The notes below the pieces were generated by a model, which was given only the letters and a program-made list of their open reading frames with translations, was not told where the DNA came from and ran no database searches. Positions 38,627 to 52,345 of a DNA stretch of 64,000 bases are shown here, in pieces. The stretch comes from Octopus sinensis. Its lineage: Eukaryota. A program made the translations under genes and the position numbers. The stretch covers positions 8,184,001-8,248,000 of the forward strand of contig NC_043007.1 of assembly GCF_006345805.1 (NCBI RefSeq), written 5' to 3'. How positions within the stretch are numbered: the stretch's first letter is position 1; each line of letters begins with the position of its first letter.

Positions 38627-39205
38627 TACATATGTGGAAACTCGCTACGGGGTGAGTGGATAACAGGAGAAACCTAGAGAGGAAGGACCTTCATCAAACA
38701 AATGTTTTGGCCTATTAGTTCTCTGAGGGAGCTTGGCCCACCTTAGGTCACGACTCTTAGGTGCCCTCCTGCATACATATATACATACATAATCTTGTTG
38801 ACATTTTCATCTTTTTTTTCTAAAAGGTCACCAGTTGGCTGTCTTATATTTTAATTTATACCAAAGATGTTTAAATATATTCATCTAACTCCTGTTTAGC
38901 ATGGAAGAAAAAGATGTAAAAAAAAAAACACAAGAAAATACCTCGCAAATGCTTGACTCTTAAGGTAATTTCATAACATCTTTGGCAGTCCCCCACCCCA
39001 CATGAAAGACTTGAAATAGTTGTCTCTATTTAAAAGGCAATAAAAATGTTAAAAGTATCTTTAATCACATCTATGTAATAAAAATGTATATAATTTTTAA
39101 GTCTCACTGTTTTGTTTTAAGTTCAATTTTCTTGATTCTTTACAAATCTGCTTATAGACTGGAATGCTGCTAAATCCAACCTAAGAATACACACACATAT
39201 ATATA

Positions 39206-40326
39206 TGAGGGGGGACCCAAAAGAAACTGGAGCTTTGCAATATTATTTAATTCATTTAGTTTTATATGTTTACACTTTTATCGCCTTCAAAGTATTCTCC
39301 ATTTGAAGGAATGCATCAGTCCAGGCATGTTTTCCACTATTCGAACCAGTGCTGGAACTCTTGCCAAGTGACGCCTTTTAATGCCTCTGTCGTTTTTTTC
39401 TTCAGTCTTTCCACATCTGCAAAACATTTTCCTTTAAAGACTTTTTTTCTTTCATTCAGGGTTTCAAAAAAAAAAAATTGCAGAGAGCAAGATTTAGTGA
39501 ATAGGGAAGGTAAGTGGGGTCATTCCTTTTTGGTTGAAAACTGTCTCACACTGAAAGGGAGGGGGGGGAGTGCGCTGTTGTAATGAAACCACCACTTGGC
39601 CACTGGTCGGCGCATTTTTGTCTTATAAATGCTTCAAAACTGCCAAGTATTATTATCAGGCTAACAGTTTGACCAGGAAGAACAAATTCTGTGTTGGACG
39701 ATTACTTTTGCTGGATGAAACAAACCAACATTGTCTTGACACTGGGCTTCACTAGATGTGTGCTTTTTGGTTGTCATGGTGACGTTGAATGCTTTCATTG
39801 CTGCTTCGTTTCTGGGTTGTAGCTGTAGCACCAGCATTTGTCACCAGTGATGACCTTTGAAAACAAGTTGAGATCAACTTCCAACTGCTCTTCCTGTTCA
39901 AAACACGCATGGAATCGTGACTGTTTTTCAACTTCTGTGAGCAAGCAAGGCATAAATTTTGCTATAACTCTTCATTTGCAATTCTTCACTCAAAACTCAT
40001 TTACAGGAGCTCCAGGACACACCAGTCACATCAACAAGCTCGTCAATTATTCGGTGATGGTCCTCCAAGATCAGTTCATGAATTTTCGTGTTCATTTATG
40101 TTCATTTGAGAGGTCAATAGTCACCCTAGATGAGGTTGGTCTTCAAGTGACTGGTGATCATCCCTAAAGCATGAAAATCACTCGTAAACTTGTTTCCCCT
40201 CATGGCAGCTGTTTAAAGCATTACAACTCTTTTGGCTGATGTTTTCCACAGCAAAAAAAAAAAGGAATTTCACAGAAACAGGCTTGTCCCACAGAGAATG
40301 CTTCCAGTAACTTTCGGGTACCTCCG
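39206..40326 (-). mobile_element. Degenerate mariner transposon
   Basis: TIR (T)GAGGGGGGACCCAAAAGAAACTGG vs reverse complement CGGAGGTACCCGAAAGTTACTGG, in TA context. Decayed transposase ..LFSKVITGDKCWCYSYNPETKQQ. Confidence 0.8.
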
Positions 40327-40388
40327 TATATATATGTATATATATATATATATATATATACATACATACGCATACATATGTATACATA

Positions 40389-40789
40389 TGTTAGTTAGTT
40401 AATTTGGCTCAAAAGCAAATAGCAAGCCCATGTAGGGGGACATGGAGTTAAGTACAGGGTGGTGTTCAGGCCACTTGAGGTCCAGGGAGGCTTTGAACAA
40501 AGCGGTCGTCGGCATCTTCACCATCTCGTCTGGCAGCTTGTTCCATGGATCCGCAACCCGGACGGAGAAAGCTCCTCTCCTTCGATTGAGATGAAATCGT
40601 CGCAGGTAGAGCTTTTCGGAATGACCCCGCAGCCGACGCTCCGGAGCAGGAGTGAAGAACAGCTCTTTCGAGAGGTTACACTACCCGCTTATGATGTGTG
40701 GGCGAGAATGAGATCACCACGGCGGCGGCGTTTTTCAAGAGAATAAAGGTCGAGCGTCCTCAGCCTTTCTTCGTAGGACAAATTTTTGA
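40389..40789 (-). mobile_element. CR1/L2-like LINE 3' end, cut by the assembly gap
   Basis: KNLSYEERLRTLDLYSLEKRRRRGDLI...FSVRVADPWNKLP, ending in a (CTAA)n tail. Confidence 0.8.
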
Positions 40790-40889
40790 NNNNNNNNNNN
40801 NNNNNNNNNNNNNNNNNNNNNNNNNNNNNNNNNNNNNNNNNNNNNNNNNNNNNNNNNNNNNNNNNNNNNNNNNNNNNNNNNNNNNNNNN
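40790..40889. other. Assembly gap (100 N)
   Basis: Run of 100 N. Confidence 1.
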
Positions 40890-42614
40890 CCTGCTCAATC
40901 AGAATCAAATGACAACAGCGGCAACAGTGACAACAGTAACAGCATCAAGAACAACAACAACAACAACCACAACAATAAAATAAATAACTGCAAAGGAAAT
41001 CAATTTATAATAACAAAAAACTTGCTGCTAGTTGTATTAGTGACGTTAAGCCGTTGTTTGCCATGTGAGGGACAGTTTCACCTCTTCCATCTACCCCACA
41101 GCTTTATTTCTCAACTCCTTCTCTCTCTTCTTCTTCTTCTCTCTCTCTCTCTCTCACTCACTCTTCATAACTTTACCTGATGCTCCATCGCATCAACCAG
41201 CTCAATTCTCCCTCTTTCAACTTCTTCCTACACTTGTGTAAGTACCCCAGTCAGTTTACCTCCACTTCATCATATTTCTCTTATTTACACTCTAGCTAAG
41301 GTTTCAGTAAAAACATGACGAGCATCCCACTCATAGCAAGCCACAGTTAAGTGTTAGGAAATATAATCCTGTTTCAGTTTTTTGCACAAGGCCAGCAATG
41401 TTGAGGTCAGTCGATAGCATCAACCCAGCACTTCCCTGCTACCTTATTTTATCGACCCCACTAGAATGACAGGCAAAATTTACATCGTCAGGATTTGAAA
41501 TCGGAACGTAAGAGGAGGAAGAGATGACTCGAAACATTTTGTCCGACGCGCTATTGATTTCGCCAGCTTACCACCTCTGTGTGAACGGCTATAAGTCTTT
41601 CTACTCTCGGCACAAGGCCTGGAAGAGAAACGGGCTCGTCGATTACAGCGACCCTAGTACCTGACTGGTACTTTATTTTATTGACTCCGAAAGGACGAGA
41701 CGCCGGTCTGTTGAAGGATAACTCATTTTTGCCAGCTGAGTGGACTGGAGCAACGTGAAATGAAGTGTTTTGCTCAAGAACACAACGCGTCGCCCGGGCC
41801 AGGAATCGAAACCACAAACTTACGATCACGAGTACAATACTCTAACCACCCAGCCACGTGCCTTCATATTCATTTGAGACACAGGGACACCAATTCGAAG
41901 GAGAAAGCGTCGGTCCATGTAATCGACCTCCACAATTTCAACGGTACCATGTTTTACCGAAACCCTCCCTCCATTAAAGAATGAAAGGCAAAATTAACTC
42001 GACGGGATTTGAACAAAAGAAGCCGAGAAAATAAAACAAGGCATTTTTTCCGATGCACTAACGATTCTGTCAGTCCTCTCGCTACCCCCTTATATATAAT
42101 TCTTTCTAATTTGGGTACAAAACCTGCAATTTCTGGGAGAGAGGTAAGTGAAGTATATTGATTCGTACTTTATTTCATCGACCCTGAAAAGATGAAAGGC
42201 AAAAAGTGACCTCGGCCGAATCTGAACTGAGAACGTAAAGTCCAGGAAGAAATGCCGCCAAGCATTTTGTCCGACGCACTAACAATTCTGCCATCTCGCT
42301 GTCTTAAACCATCGCCTGATAAATAAGGTAATAAGTATGAAGAATGCAACTTGGACAAATCTGATGGATTAGAAAACGATAATAATAGTTTAATCACTAA
42401 ATGTTAACATAGTTCCGGGTTCAGTCCCACTGTGTGGCACCTTGGCCAAGTGCCTTCTGCTATAGCTTCGGGACGACCAAAGCCTTGTAAGTAGATTTGG
42501 TAGATGAAAACTGAAAGAAGCCCATCGTGTATAAATATGTATATATGTCTGTGTATGTGTATGTATGTAATGTATGTATGTAATGTATGTATGTATGTAT
42601 GTATGTATGTATGT

Positions 42615-42945
42615 ATGCTGGACTCAAGAGTCATCTTCGTAGTCATAAAGCGAGACAGATGAGTGACAACCTGGCCAATGGTGGTGGTGTTACACATCAT
42701 ACTAATCATATTTGTCGGGCATGTGGAAGAGAGTGTAATTCGGCAGGAGGACTTAAACGACATGCAAAGGTACATGAAGCCCAGTTACAACTACAGCCGG
42801 CTATTACCGGTAAAGGTTTTAGTTGCCAATTCTGTAGACATTGTAGATCTTTAGCTGGGCTAAAAAGTCACATTCGATCACAGCACCAGTAACAGTTAAG
42901 CTTCGTGCAATGGCCATACTCGATAACGAGGGGGCAGCCATCATG
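42615..42945 (+). mobile_element. RTE-like LINE 3' fragment encoding C2H2 zinc fingers, inside a SINE microsatellite
   Basis: AGLKSHLRSH..CRACGRECNSAGGLKRHAKVH..CQFCRHCRSLAGLKSHIRSQH*, followed by a LINE-type tail and (TATG)n. Confidence 0.7.
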
Positions 42946-43488
42946 TATGTATGTATGTATGTATGTATGTATGTATGTATGTATGTATGTATGTATGTAT
43001 GTATGTATGTATGTATGTATGTATGGATGTATTTATGTCTCTGTGTTTGTCCCCAACATCGCTTGACAACCGATGCTGGTGTGTTTACATCCCCGTAACT
43101 TAGCGGTTCGGCAAAAGATATCGATAGAATAAGTACTAGGCTTACAAAGAATAAGTCCTGGAGTCGACTTGTTCGACTAAAGGCGGTGCTCCAGCATGGC
43201 CGCAGTCAAATGATTGAAACAAGTAAAAGAATTTAAATTAACGCTGAAGCGGCGAGCTGACAGAATCAGCGTTAGGGCACCGGACGAAATGCTTAGCGGC
43301 ATTTCGTCCGTCTTCACATTCTGAGTTCAAATTCTGCCGGGGTCGACTTTGCCTGTCATCATATCGTGGTCGACAAGATAAGGACCAGTTGAGCATTGGG
43401 GGACGACGTAATCGAGTGACGCCCTCCCACCCACCAAGCTCCCCGAAACAGCTAGCCTTGTGCCAAAGTTTGTAACCAATATCTAAAG

Positions 43489-44295
43489 TAGATTCCCAAA
43501 CTTTTGGGGCCACCGCCCCCCTCAGCGCCCCCACCCCTATTTTTATGTATAAATAAACATTTTATATTTTATTCATTTACATATACTATGAATCATTTGA
43601 TATCTAAACATGTAAATTTGACATGGGCGATTCTTTCTCGTCTTGGGATTCACGGTCAAACGGTTGAGTGGAATTGCGAGAAAAATTATAGATGCGTAGA
43701 ATGATCCGGTGGTGATGCTGGGCTTTGTATTTTTTCATAGCTCCCATGGTTACCGAGATAATCTACTATAATAATACTCTCGTGTTTATGAATGAGAAAG
43801 GAAGGGGTGAACGTTTCAACTCTGTGTGAATATGTGTGTGTATGTAAAAGGGAGGTATGTGAATGTGTGTTTGTGTGTGTGTGCGTGAGCACGCACATTG
43901 GAAGTAGGATGGTTCACCTTTGTTCGCCAAGTAATTGGGTTTATTTTTTGATTTGGTTGAATCTTAGTTGGTCTTTCTTTTTTTTGTTGTTGTTGGTCAG
44001 TTATTTTTGAGCATTTTGATAGAAAAAAGTCATTCTAAAATTGTTTTTTTTTAGCGTAAGCGTGCCCAAAAAAGTCGAAAGCTTACACAGAGCAGGTTTT
44101 ACAGCCACATCATCCAAACCGGGTTTAGCTGCTAGTTTAATAGAAGATTATATAATTAGTATACAATATTATAATATTTCACTGCCTTCCTCCCAACGTC
44201 TCCTTTTTCTCTGCCGCCCCCTAAGGCACCAGCGCCCACCTGGACCGTCTCAACGCCCACCGATGGGGTGGTAACTCCCACTTTGAGAACCTATG
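43489..44295. mobile_element. hAT/Charlie-like non-autonomous element
   Basis: Perfect 8-bp TSD ATCTAAAG (43481-88 and 44296-303). Termini TAGATTCCCAAAC and CTTTGAGAACCTATG. Confidence 0.75.
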
Positions 44296-44409
44296 ATCTA
44301 AAGTAACGCTGTTGCAGACGCACCTCTCTGATCATCTGATTAACGAGTTCGTTTCGCAGTCGCGGGAGTTCAAATTCAATTCTATTGGATTACATACAAA
44401 AGTCTTTAG

Positions 44410-44795
44410 GTATTTTTTTATTCTTTTGACTTCGGCCATGCTGGAACACCGCCTTATAGGGTTTTAGACTAACAGTGGACCCCAGGACTTATTCTAGTAC
44501 TTATTCTATCGGACTCTTTTGCCGACCACTATGTTACGAGGACGTAAACACACCGACATCGGTTGTCAAGTGGTGGTGTGGAGACAAAACCAGACACAAA
44601 GACATACACATAAATATATATACATATATACATATACGACGGGCTTCTTTCAGTTTCCGTCTACCAAATCTACTCACAAGGCTTTGGTCGGCCCGAGGCT
44701 ATAGAAGAAGACACTTAGTTAAGGTGCCCAGCAGTGGGACTGAACCCGGAACCATGTGGTCGGTAAGCAAACTTCTTACTATACAGCCGCGCTGC
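44410..44795 (-). mobile_element. Intact tRNA-derived SINE (head, internal microsatellite, tail)
   Basis: Contiguous head, short (TA/TG)n and tail; used as the reference for the split copies. Boundaries approximate. Confidence 0.8.
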
Positions 44796-46444
44796 GCCTA
44801 TCAATATAATATATATAATATACACACGAATTAACTTATCTTGCGAGTGAAATTTAATAGACTCAAACTGTACGGAATTCCATATATGTGCGTGCGTACG
44901 TGCATGTGTGTGGGGGGTGCATGCGCGTGCGCGCGTGTGTATGTGACTTTTTCAAAGATATGCCAAGTCGGTGCTTTTCGAATAAAATCCTTTGCGGTAT
45001 TTGTTCTGTGCAGAGTACAAACACTTCCACATTACTCACGCCATCAAAAAAAACAAAACAATGAACTTGTGAAAGACTAGTTTGAATCCTGTTATGAAGG
45101 ATGATATAAAAAGATAATAAATGAGTTCATATGGGGAATAACTCTGTGCATATTTCGGTTTTATTAGACCTCTTCAGCGAAGCATAGACTTCACTGTCGT
45201 TGCCGAAGTAGTGGCGAGAGAATCACAAAGTAGGTGCACAATACTGTAGACAAACAGACGAGACAAAATATCTCAGTGACAAATATGAAGTGTCACTACG
45301 ATCAATGATATTGTTTACTCTGCTGCTGTTATGGCTGCTGTTGCTGCTACCGCTGCTACTGCTGCTACCGCTGCTATTGCAATTCGTGTTTGTTCTAGTA
45401 GTTTTCTAGTGCCGTTGCGTTGCACAGTTGTTTGTTGTGACGATGGTGCTGAAACTTGGTGATGGTGTCACTATTGACAATGATAGCGGTTGCACAAGCT
45501 TTCCACCACACTTACCTCCCACTCGCCTTTCTCTACTGCAACGATGAGCGCCATATTGCTTTCTTTTTTTAAGAAGATATCGAAACACATTTTTCGAAGC
45601 AAACAATTTCAGAAGCTTTAACACCATGGGTTTTGCCGGTGGTGGTAATGGTGATGATGATGCTGGTGGTTGCGGCGGCCGTCATGCTGTCGATTAAGCT
45701 TCACACAATCTTTTACTATCTTCCCGCCTTTTTCCACTCTGAGGCAGTAGGCGCCATATTGTTCCTTCTTTTTACAATTGCAAAACAATTTTCGAAGCTA
45801 AACAAGAAAAATCGAGAAGCAACGTTTTGCCCCTTTGAGAAGATAAAAAAATAAAACCTCGGAATGATGCGACTAATATAGGCACAAGGCACGTGGTTTG
45901 GGGGCGGAATATTTGGGGACAAGTCCTTAACTGGTAATTTTATCGATATCAGAGGGAGGAAAGGCAAAGTTTCACCCGAAAACATAAAGAACCGGAAGAA
46001 ATACCGCTTCACATTTTGTCGAGTCTGCCAACTCGCTGCTTCTGTAATTGCTTCAGATTTCGGCACAAGGCCAATAAACTGTTAGTTGATTACATAGAAC
46101 CCAGTATGTGATCAGTACTTTATTTTATCGACCCTAAAGAGATGATATGCAATGTTGACCACGACAGAATTTGAACTCAGAAAGCAAGAAGCTGGAAATA
46201 ATAATGCTAATGATATTTTTCTGTTTTCCGGCTCGCTGCCTTAATAATCTTTTCTACTATAGGCACGAGGCCTGAAATTTTAGGGGAGTCGCTAACTCGA
46301 TTACATCAACCCCAGTGCTCAATTGGTACTTATTTTATCGACCCCGAAATGAAGAAAGGCAAAGTCGACCTCAGAACGTAAAGACGGACGAAACGCCGTC
46401 AAGTATTTTGCACGGCCTGCTAAGGATTCTGCCAGCTCGCTACC

Positions 46445-46446
<2 letters not shown>

Positions 46447-46529
<83 letters not shown>

Positions 46530-46557
46530 TAATAATGACGATAATGATAATGATAAT

Positions 46558-46600
<43 letters not shown>

Positions 46601-46612
46601 TAATAATAATAA
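46447..46612. repeat. (AAT)n microsatellite
   Basis: Long imperfect AAT array. Confidence 0.95.
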
Positions 46613-47831
46613 ATGCCCTGATGCAGTACCAGACAGTGGCTCTCATGGCTTCTGAACTTAATTGATTGGAAGTGTTATCATGTACATTGTTTTGTTTTGG
46701 TATAAAAGATGGGCTACAGCAAATATTCTGCTCAATACCACAGATTTGCTTGTCAGTTGTTTGACCTTAACCAGTTGAGCATGTCCCTTAGTAGCTGATG
46801 ATATTTGTATCTCTGATCACAAGTAGAAGTAGTGGGGGAACATCATAGCCATGTGTTGAGAGGGATTCTTTGGGGTTTGGATAATTCCCCTTTGGAAATA
46901 TGGGTGTTTCGTTCAACATCCTTAAACAAGCCTTATCCAGGGACCTTTTGAGCGGGATGGGCTACTCAACCTGGAGAAAATTCTAACTGAGCTCCATCTG
47001 CAAGTTCATACACTGTTTATCTTAATACGAGATCACCGTGTCACGCATATATGGTTGTGATGCATGTAACTGGTGTACCCTTCTCAGACGGATAGTCATG
47101 ATGGGTACACTGGGCTTTGTATATTTTCCCCAGTGTCACTTTGATGGCATGCACTGCTCTCTCACTCAAGAAAAAGGAGGAGGATGGTGGGAAGGAGAAG
47201 GAGGCGGCGGCGGCGGCGGAGGAGGAGGAGGAGGAAGAAGAAGAGGAGGGTTATCATGTTTTTAATGTAGTCACAAGGCCTGCAATTTCGAGGGAATAAT
47301 CGATACCATTGACCGTTACTTTATAATAATGTATCAAACATAGGCACAAGGTCAAAACTTGGGAGGGAGACGAGAAGAATTGATTAAATTGAGAATAATA
47401 ATAGATTCTTTACTGACCGCAAAAAAAAGCCATCCTTACAATAGAAAATTATTTATAAATTATATACAAAAGGCTTATCAAACATGAGGTTATGTACACA
47501 TACAATAAAAGAACAAAAACATGCGGTACCACATGGAAACAGGTTAGACAACTTATGCATTATATATTTCTCTCATAAACAAAATTACTTCTTCGCAGAC
47601 AACATTGCCAGCAAATTTACTATTTTTGCTTTCTTCATTGTTGGCTGGTGTATAAGAAAACGGCCATTTTTTTTCTGTTCTGTTTAATTCACGTACCCAA
47701 GACATGCCGCATGTCGTGGCGTCGGTTCTACGAGGCCACAAGGCAAAGTGAAATAAATATGTTTGCATTCATGTATGTGAGTGTATGTGTGTCTTCACAC
47801 ATGTTATGTGTATGTATGTATGCATGAATGC

Positions 47832-47865
<34 letters not shown>

Positions 47866-48648
47866 TGTATGTATGTATGAATATGCATGTATGAATGTTC
47901 GTACTACGTACGTATGTATGTATGTATGTATGTATGTATGTATGTATGTATGTATGTATGTATGTATGTATGTATGTATGTATGTGTGTGTATATTATAG
48001 TGGAAATGGTACACCCCCTCCCACGGGACGAGTAGTATGTGGCAGCCACTATAAAGTGACGCGACGTCAACCAGTACAGAGAGTCATGTGTCAGTCGTTG
48101 TAGAGTGGTTGTGTGAGTTCTCAGTTGGAGTTAAGTCTCAGTTAGGTGTTAAAGTCGAGATCGAGTCACAGTCAAGGTAGACGGTTCAAATTCGGAGTCT
48201 TCCAGAGCTATCAGTGTTAGTATGATAGGCAAAGCGGCGTGTTACCATTCTGGTATAGAAGAGATACACTGAAAATATCGTGGCTACGAGAGTAGATGCA
48301 AAGCTAGATGCACAACAGTGGCCACGCATTATTGATATAGAAAACACCAGACCATAACATTATGTATGTCTGTGTGGAGGCGCGCGGTTTAGTGGTTTAG
48401 GCATTGCACTCATGATCATAAGATTGTGGTTCCGATCCTTGGGTCGGGCGATGCGCTGGGTTCTCGAGTGAAAGCCTTACTTTTACGTTGCTGCCGTCTA
48501 TTCAGCTGGCGAAACGAGTAATCCTACAACAGGAGCAGTATCATGTCCACTGTGGGTATATAAACGCCGGAGAATCCAGGAAACGGGTCTTATTAGCCTA
48601 TGGCTAGGGAAGGGCCTTTTGATCCTTTTTTTATGCGTATGTGTGTGT

Positions 48649-48702
<54 letters not shown>

Positions 48703-49862
48703 ATATTCATATGTATGTGGATATATGTGATCGTGTATGCATATATGTATGTATACGTGTGTCTGAGTGACTGGCTCTACAGAAATAATTTTAATTAGGT
48801 ACAGAAGACATTTATCGCAATTCCATCTCGCGAATTATAAAGAATTCCATAATGGATCCCCCGTCAGAATACTCCATGGTTAACCCTAGATAGGGAAAAT
48901 AGCATCAAGAGAATAATAGCCTTACTCGAACTTGAACCAACAAGGTTCCAATTTGAAAGCCAAAACCGATGGTGAATAATAAATGCCAAATTTGGTAATG
49001 TTTGGAGTTCATTTTGGCTATATTCCTGAAATGTGTTTAAACTTTTACTGGCATTCTTTCCAAATCAATCAGCTTTGGCGTTCTTGATGGGCGTTGACAG
49101 ACAAACAGAAAGGTTTAATTTGTTCGCCTAAAGGTCTACAGCATTTTGGCGAGTTGATAAAACCCTATAGATCAGTTCTCCATACTGATTGTTTGCTATT
49201 GTAGCCAAAGGTGATATGTTTTTTAAAACCATGTTAGTAAGATAATCTTCATCCCTCAACTTTCTATAAAAACCGAAGGCTTTATCTAACATTTCGACGA
49301 GGTCTGTCAGCTCTCCTATGTTCGCCGTCTCCATTATTTCTTACTTCGCACACCTTACTTACAACAAATTGTACATTTGTGAGTGTATTAAAAATGTTTA
49401 CTTTTATCGATAATCGTTGTTGAAAGTAATTCTTTCTTTTATTGATTATTCACTGTGTTAATCAGAACACCATCTTCACACACACACACACACACACACA
49501 TACACACACACACACACACACGTGACCGCGCGTGCGCATATATATATTTATATATATTCAAATGTGTGTGTATGTGTTTATACATATATACATATGCATA
49601 TATATACATATATATATAAATATAAATATATATATGTATAAATATGTATATATGTGTATATATATGTGTATATAAATAGATATATGAAAAAATATGTATA
49701 TATATATGTATATATATGCGTGTGTGTAAAAATATATGAATTTATTATATGTATGTATGTATGAATGAACATGTGTGTATGTGTATAAATGTGTATGTAT
49801 ATATATATATGTATATATATGTGTGTATATATATGTATGTATGTATATATATATATATATGA

Positions 49863-49904
<42 letters not shown>

Positions 49905-50855
49905 ATGTATATATATATATGAGAAAGGCAGTTAATGAAAAGTCGAGGAGGATATTGTTCGCTGAGACTTGAAAGAAGTCTGCTCATAATATTAAATATG
50001 ATTAATAATAGAAACAAAAATAAAACACAGGCAAAATGCATAAAGTAAAATCAAATAAAAACGAAATGGAATTCTAAGACATGTCTATGAATAAAGCCAT
50101 ACACATGTAGGTACGGAAATCATAAAATATACAAAACGATAAATTGTAGAAATACGGATATGCATACATTTCTAAGTTTCTGTGAAAACGTTCGCAGTGA
50201 TGTCAGTTGTTTAAACTTTATGCTGTGATCAATATTTGAGCCGTAAATTATTTAGTACGAAGCGTCAAGTGCAGTTAGTGAAGGGATGTTTTGTTCGTTA
50301 ATCATATACTTAGTATTCTTCGCTTCTGTTTAACAAGTTTAAAACCAAGAGACATTGTTTTGATATGAATATGTATGGTGTGTTGTTAATGGAATTTCAG
50401 ATTTTAAAGAGATCAAACGAGGAAGTTCCAACGTTAAGTATGGAGAGTTGAAAGATCGAGCAAGGGTTCAAAACCTTCAGGTATTGATTTAAATGGATTA
50501 AATATACCGGTGTCAATGTGGGATTTATTATTGCTGGTATTTTACTAAATATATTAGAAATATATTGAACGTTGCATGTTTAAAATAGACAAACAAGGTA
50601 AAAGAATCAATGAATATATATTAACAAACTCGTTCCAGTTACTGCCATGCACTGAACATTCCAGTTCCTGCAATATGTGCGCGCGTGCGTGTACATTGTT
50701 GAGCAGTATATTACTGGTTGTGGCATACAACTGGTCAGAATGTTGCCGGCAGTTTCACGCAGACTATCGCACTTGGCAATATTGATAACACTTCAGGTAT
50801 TGTGATGGAATTGCAAAGACCCTTTCATGCTAAAAGTAAATACACACACACACAC

Positions 50856-50915
<60 letters not shown>

Positions 50916-51029
50916 TGTATGTATGTATGTATGTATGTGTGTGCGTATGTATGTATGTATGTATGTATGTGCGTGTATGTATGTATATGTGTGTGTATGT
51001 ATGGATGTCTGTATGTATGCATGTGTGTG

Positions 51030-51319
51030 TGTGGTGTTAGCGGTGTTATGGGCTGTGATGAGCTGTGTGGTGTTGGTGGAGAGGATGGTAGATGAGGCAA
51101 AAGGGAAGTGAAGACTGCAGGGGCCGGCGGAAGTGTGAAAGGGGCATGCGTGGGCAGGAACCACGTGTGGGGAGTTCGAGCTGAGACGGCAGAGAGGCAA
51201 GACGTGTTTAATTCGTGAGAGTGACCGCTGATTCAGCCGAGGTCAACAGGTAGGGCCTTTTGTATTCCTTTCTCTCGTTTGCTTCTTTTTCCGTTGTCCT
51301 TTTCTTCCATCACACTACA
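51030..51319. mobile_element. Candidate solo LTR (290 bp)
   Basis: TGTGGTGT...ACACTACA short inverted ends; flanks GTGTG and GTATG (4/5 match); GC-rich. Confidence 0.5.
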
Positions 51320-51689
51320 GTATGGTTGCTGTTTCTTTGAGTTTATTTAAGTTCTTCTTGGGAGTTTTCAAACCGATCGCTAACAAAGCGACAAGACTTC
51401 TTGGGTTAAGAAACCTCCTGGTGTTTGTAAATATGTGGTTGAGTTGATGTATTGGTTGAGCTTCGATGCACGCACCCAAGTGTGTGTATCTATTCACATA
51501 AAGATCTCAGATAGAGGATCTTTCGAATGTCATACAAATCTTTCCTGTGCCGCTAATAGATTAGATTTAGAGAATGCACATAAGTTTCTTTTGCCCTTCC
51601 TTTGAAAAACCTATTTTTTCTCGTTTTTTTGTGTATAAGTTCATAGCCTAATACCCCAATGATGATAAGTACAAGAACTTTATGTTACG

Positions 51690-52345
51690 CATTAATTCAC
51701 GATAAAGATTCTCTTTTACCTGGACTTCGCAACTATATCATACCTCAAGGGAAAGTAGCATCTCGTAGACATTTTTGGACAGCTGATGATGATGTGGGTG
51801 ATATCTTCCACACTGGTATAGCAGGGCCGACATTTTTCATCACAGCGTGGAGGTTTGGTGGTATGTTCGTCTCACTTGTTTATCAGGAATTTAGTGGCTA
51901 TCACCGGACAGAAAATATTGTAGGTCCAGGAGAGGTTGTTGTTACCTTCTAGCTAACGGGAGATGTACACATGCATTGCTTTTTGTTGGTAAGATGCATG
52001 CTTCTCCTCCACGCTTCTGTTTAGATAGGTCAGCCCAGCCTCCTTTGGATCGGATGAGACAGTTGTGTCCTCAGAGTAACGGCTCAGGAGTTCTTCGCCA
52101 ATTCTGAAGATGTTGTTGCTCTCACTTTTTGAGTGTGAACGGAATATTCTCTTTTCTTTTTTTACTGTTCAGCAGGTGTTGTCCGAGTGATACAATGTGG
52201 CATTCAAAGGCTGTTTGGACTGACCTTATCTCTCCACCGCCATCACTTCGTCTCACATAAACCTATTAGTATTGCTATTGTTGTAGAGGTTTCCAGTGGT
52301 GGTCACTATCTTTCTGGGTTTGATGTCCAGGCTGCAGATCTCAAG
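51690..52345 (-). mobile_element. Dong/R4-like LINE fragment with CCHC knuckle
   Basis: Decayed ..AFECHIVSLGQHLLNSK..CRPCYTSVEDITHIISCPKMSTRCYFPLRYDIVAK. Boundaries approximate. Confidence 0.6.

Noticed and set aside
47985-48317. Second solo LTR (TATA-like CTATAAAG, ends ACAACA)
   Set aside because: The left boundary is lost in a microsatellite, and there is no clear TSD or polyA signal.
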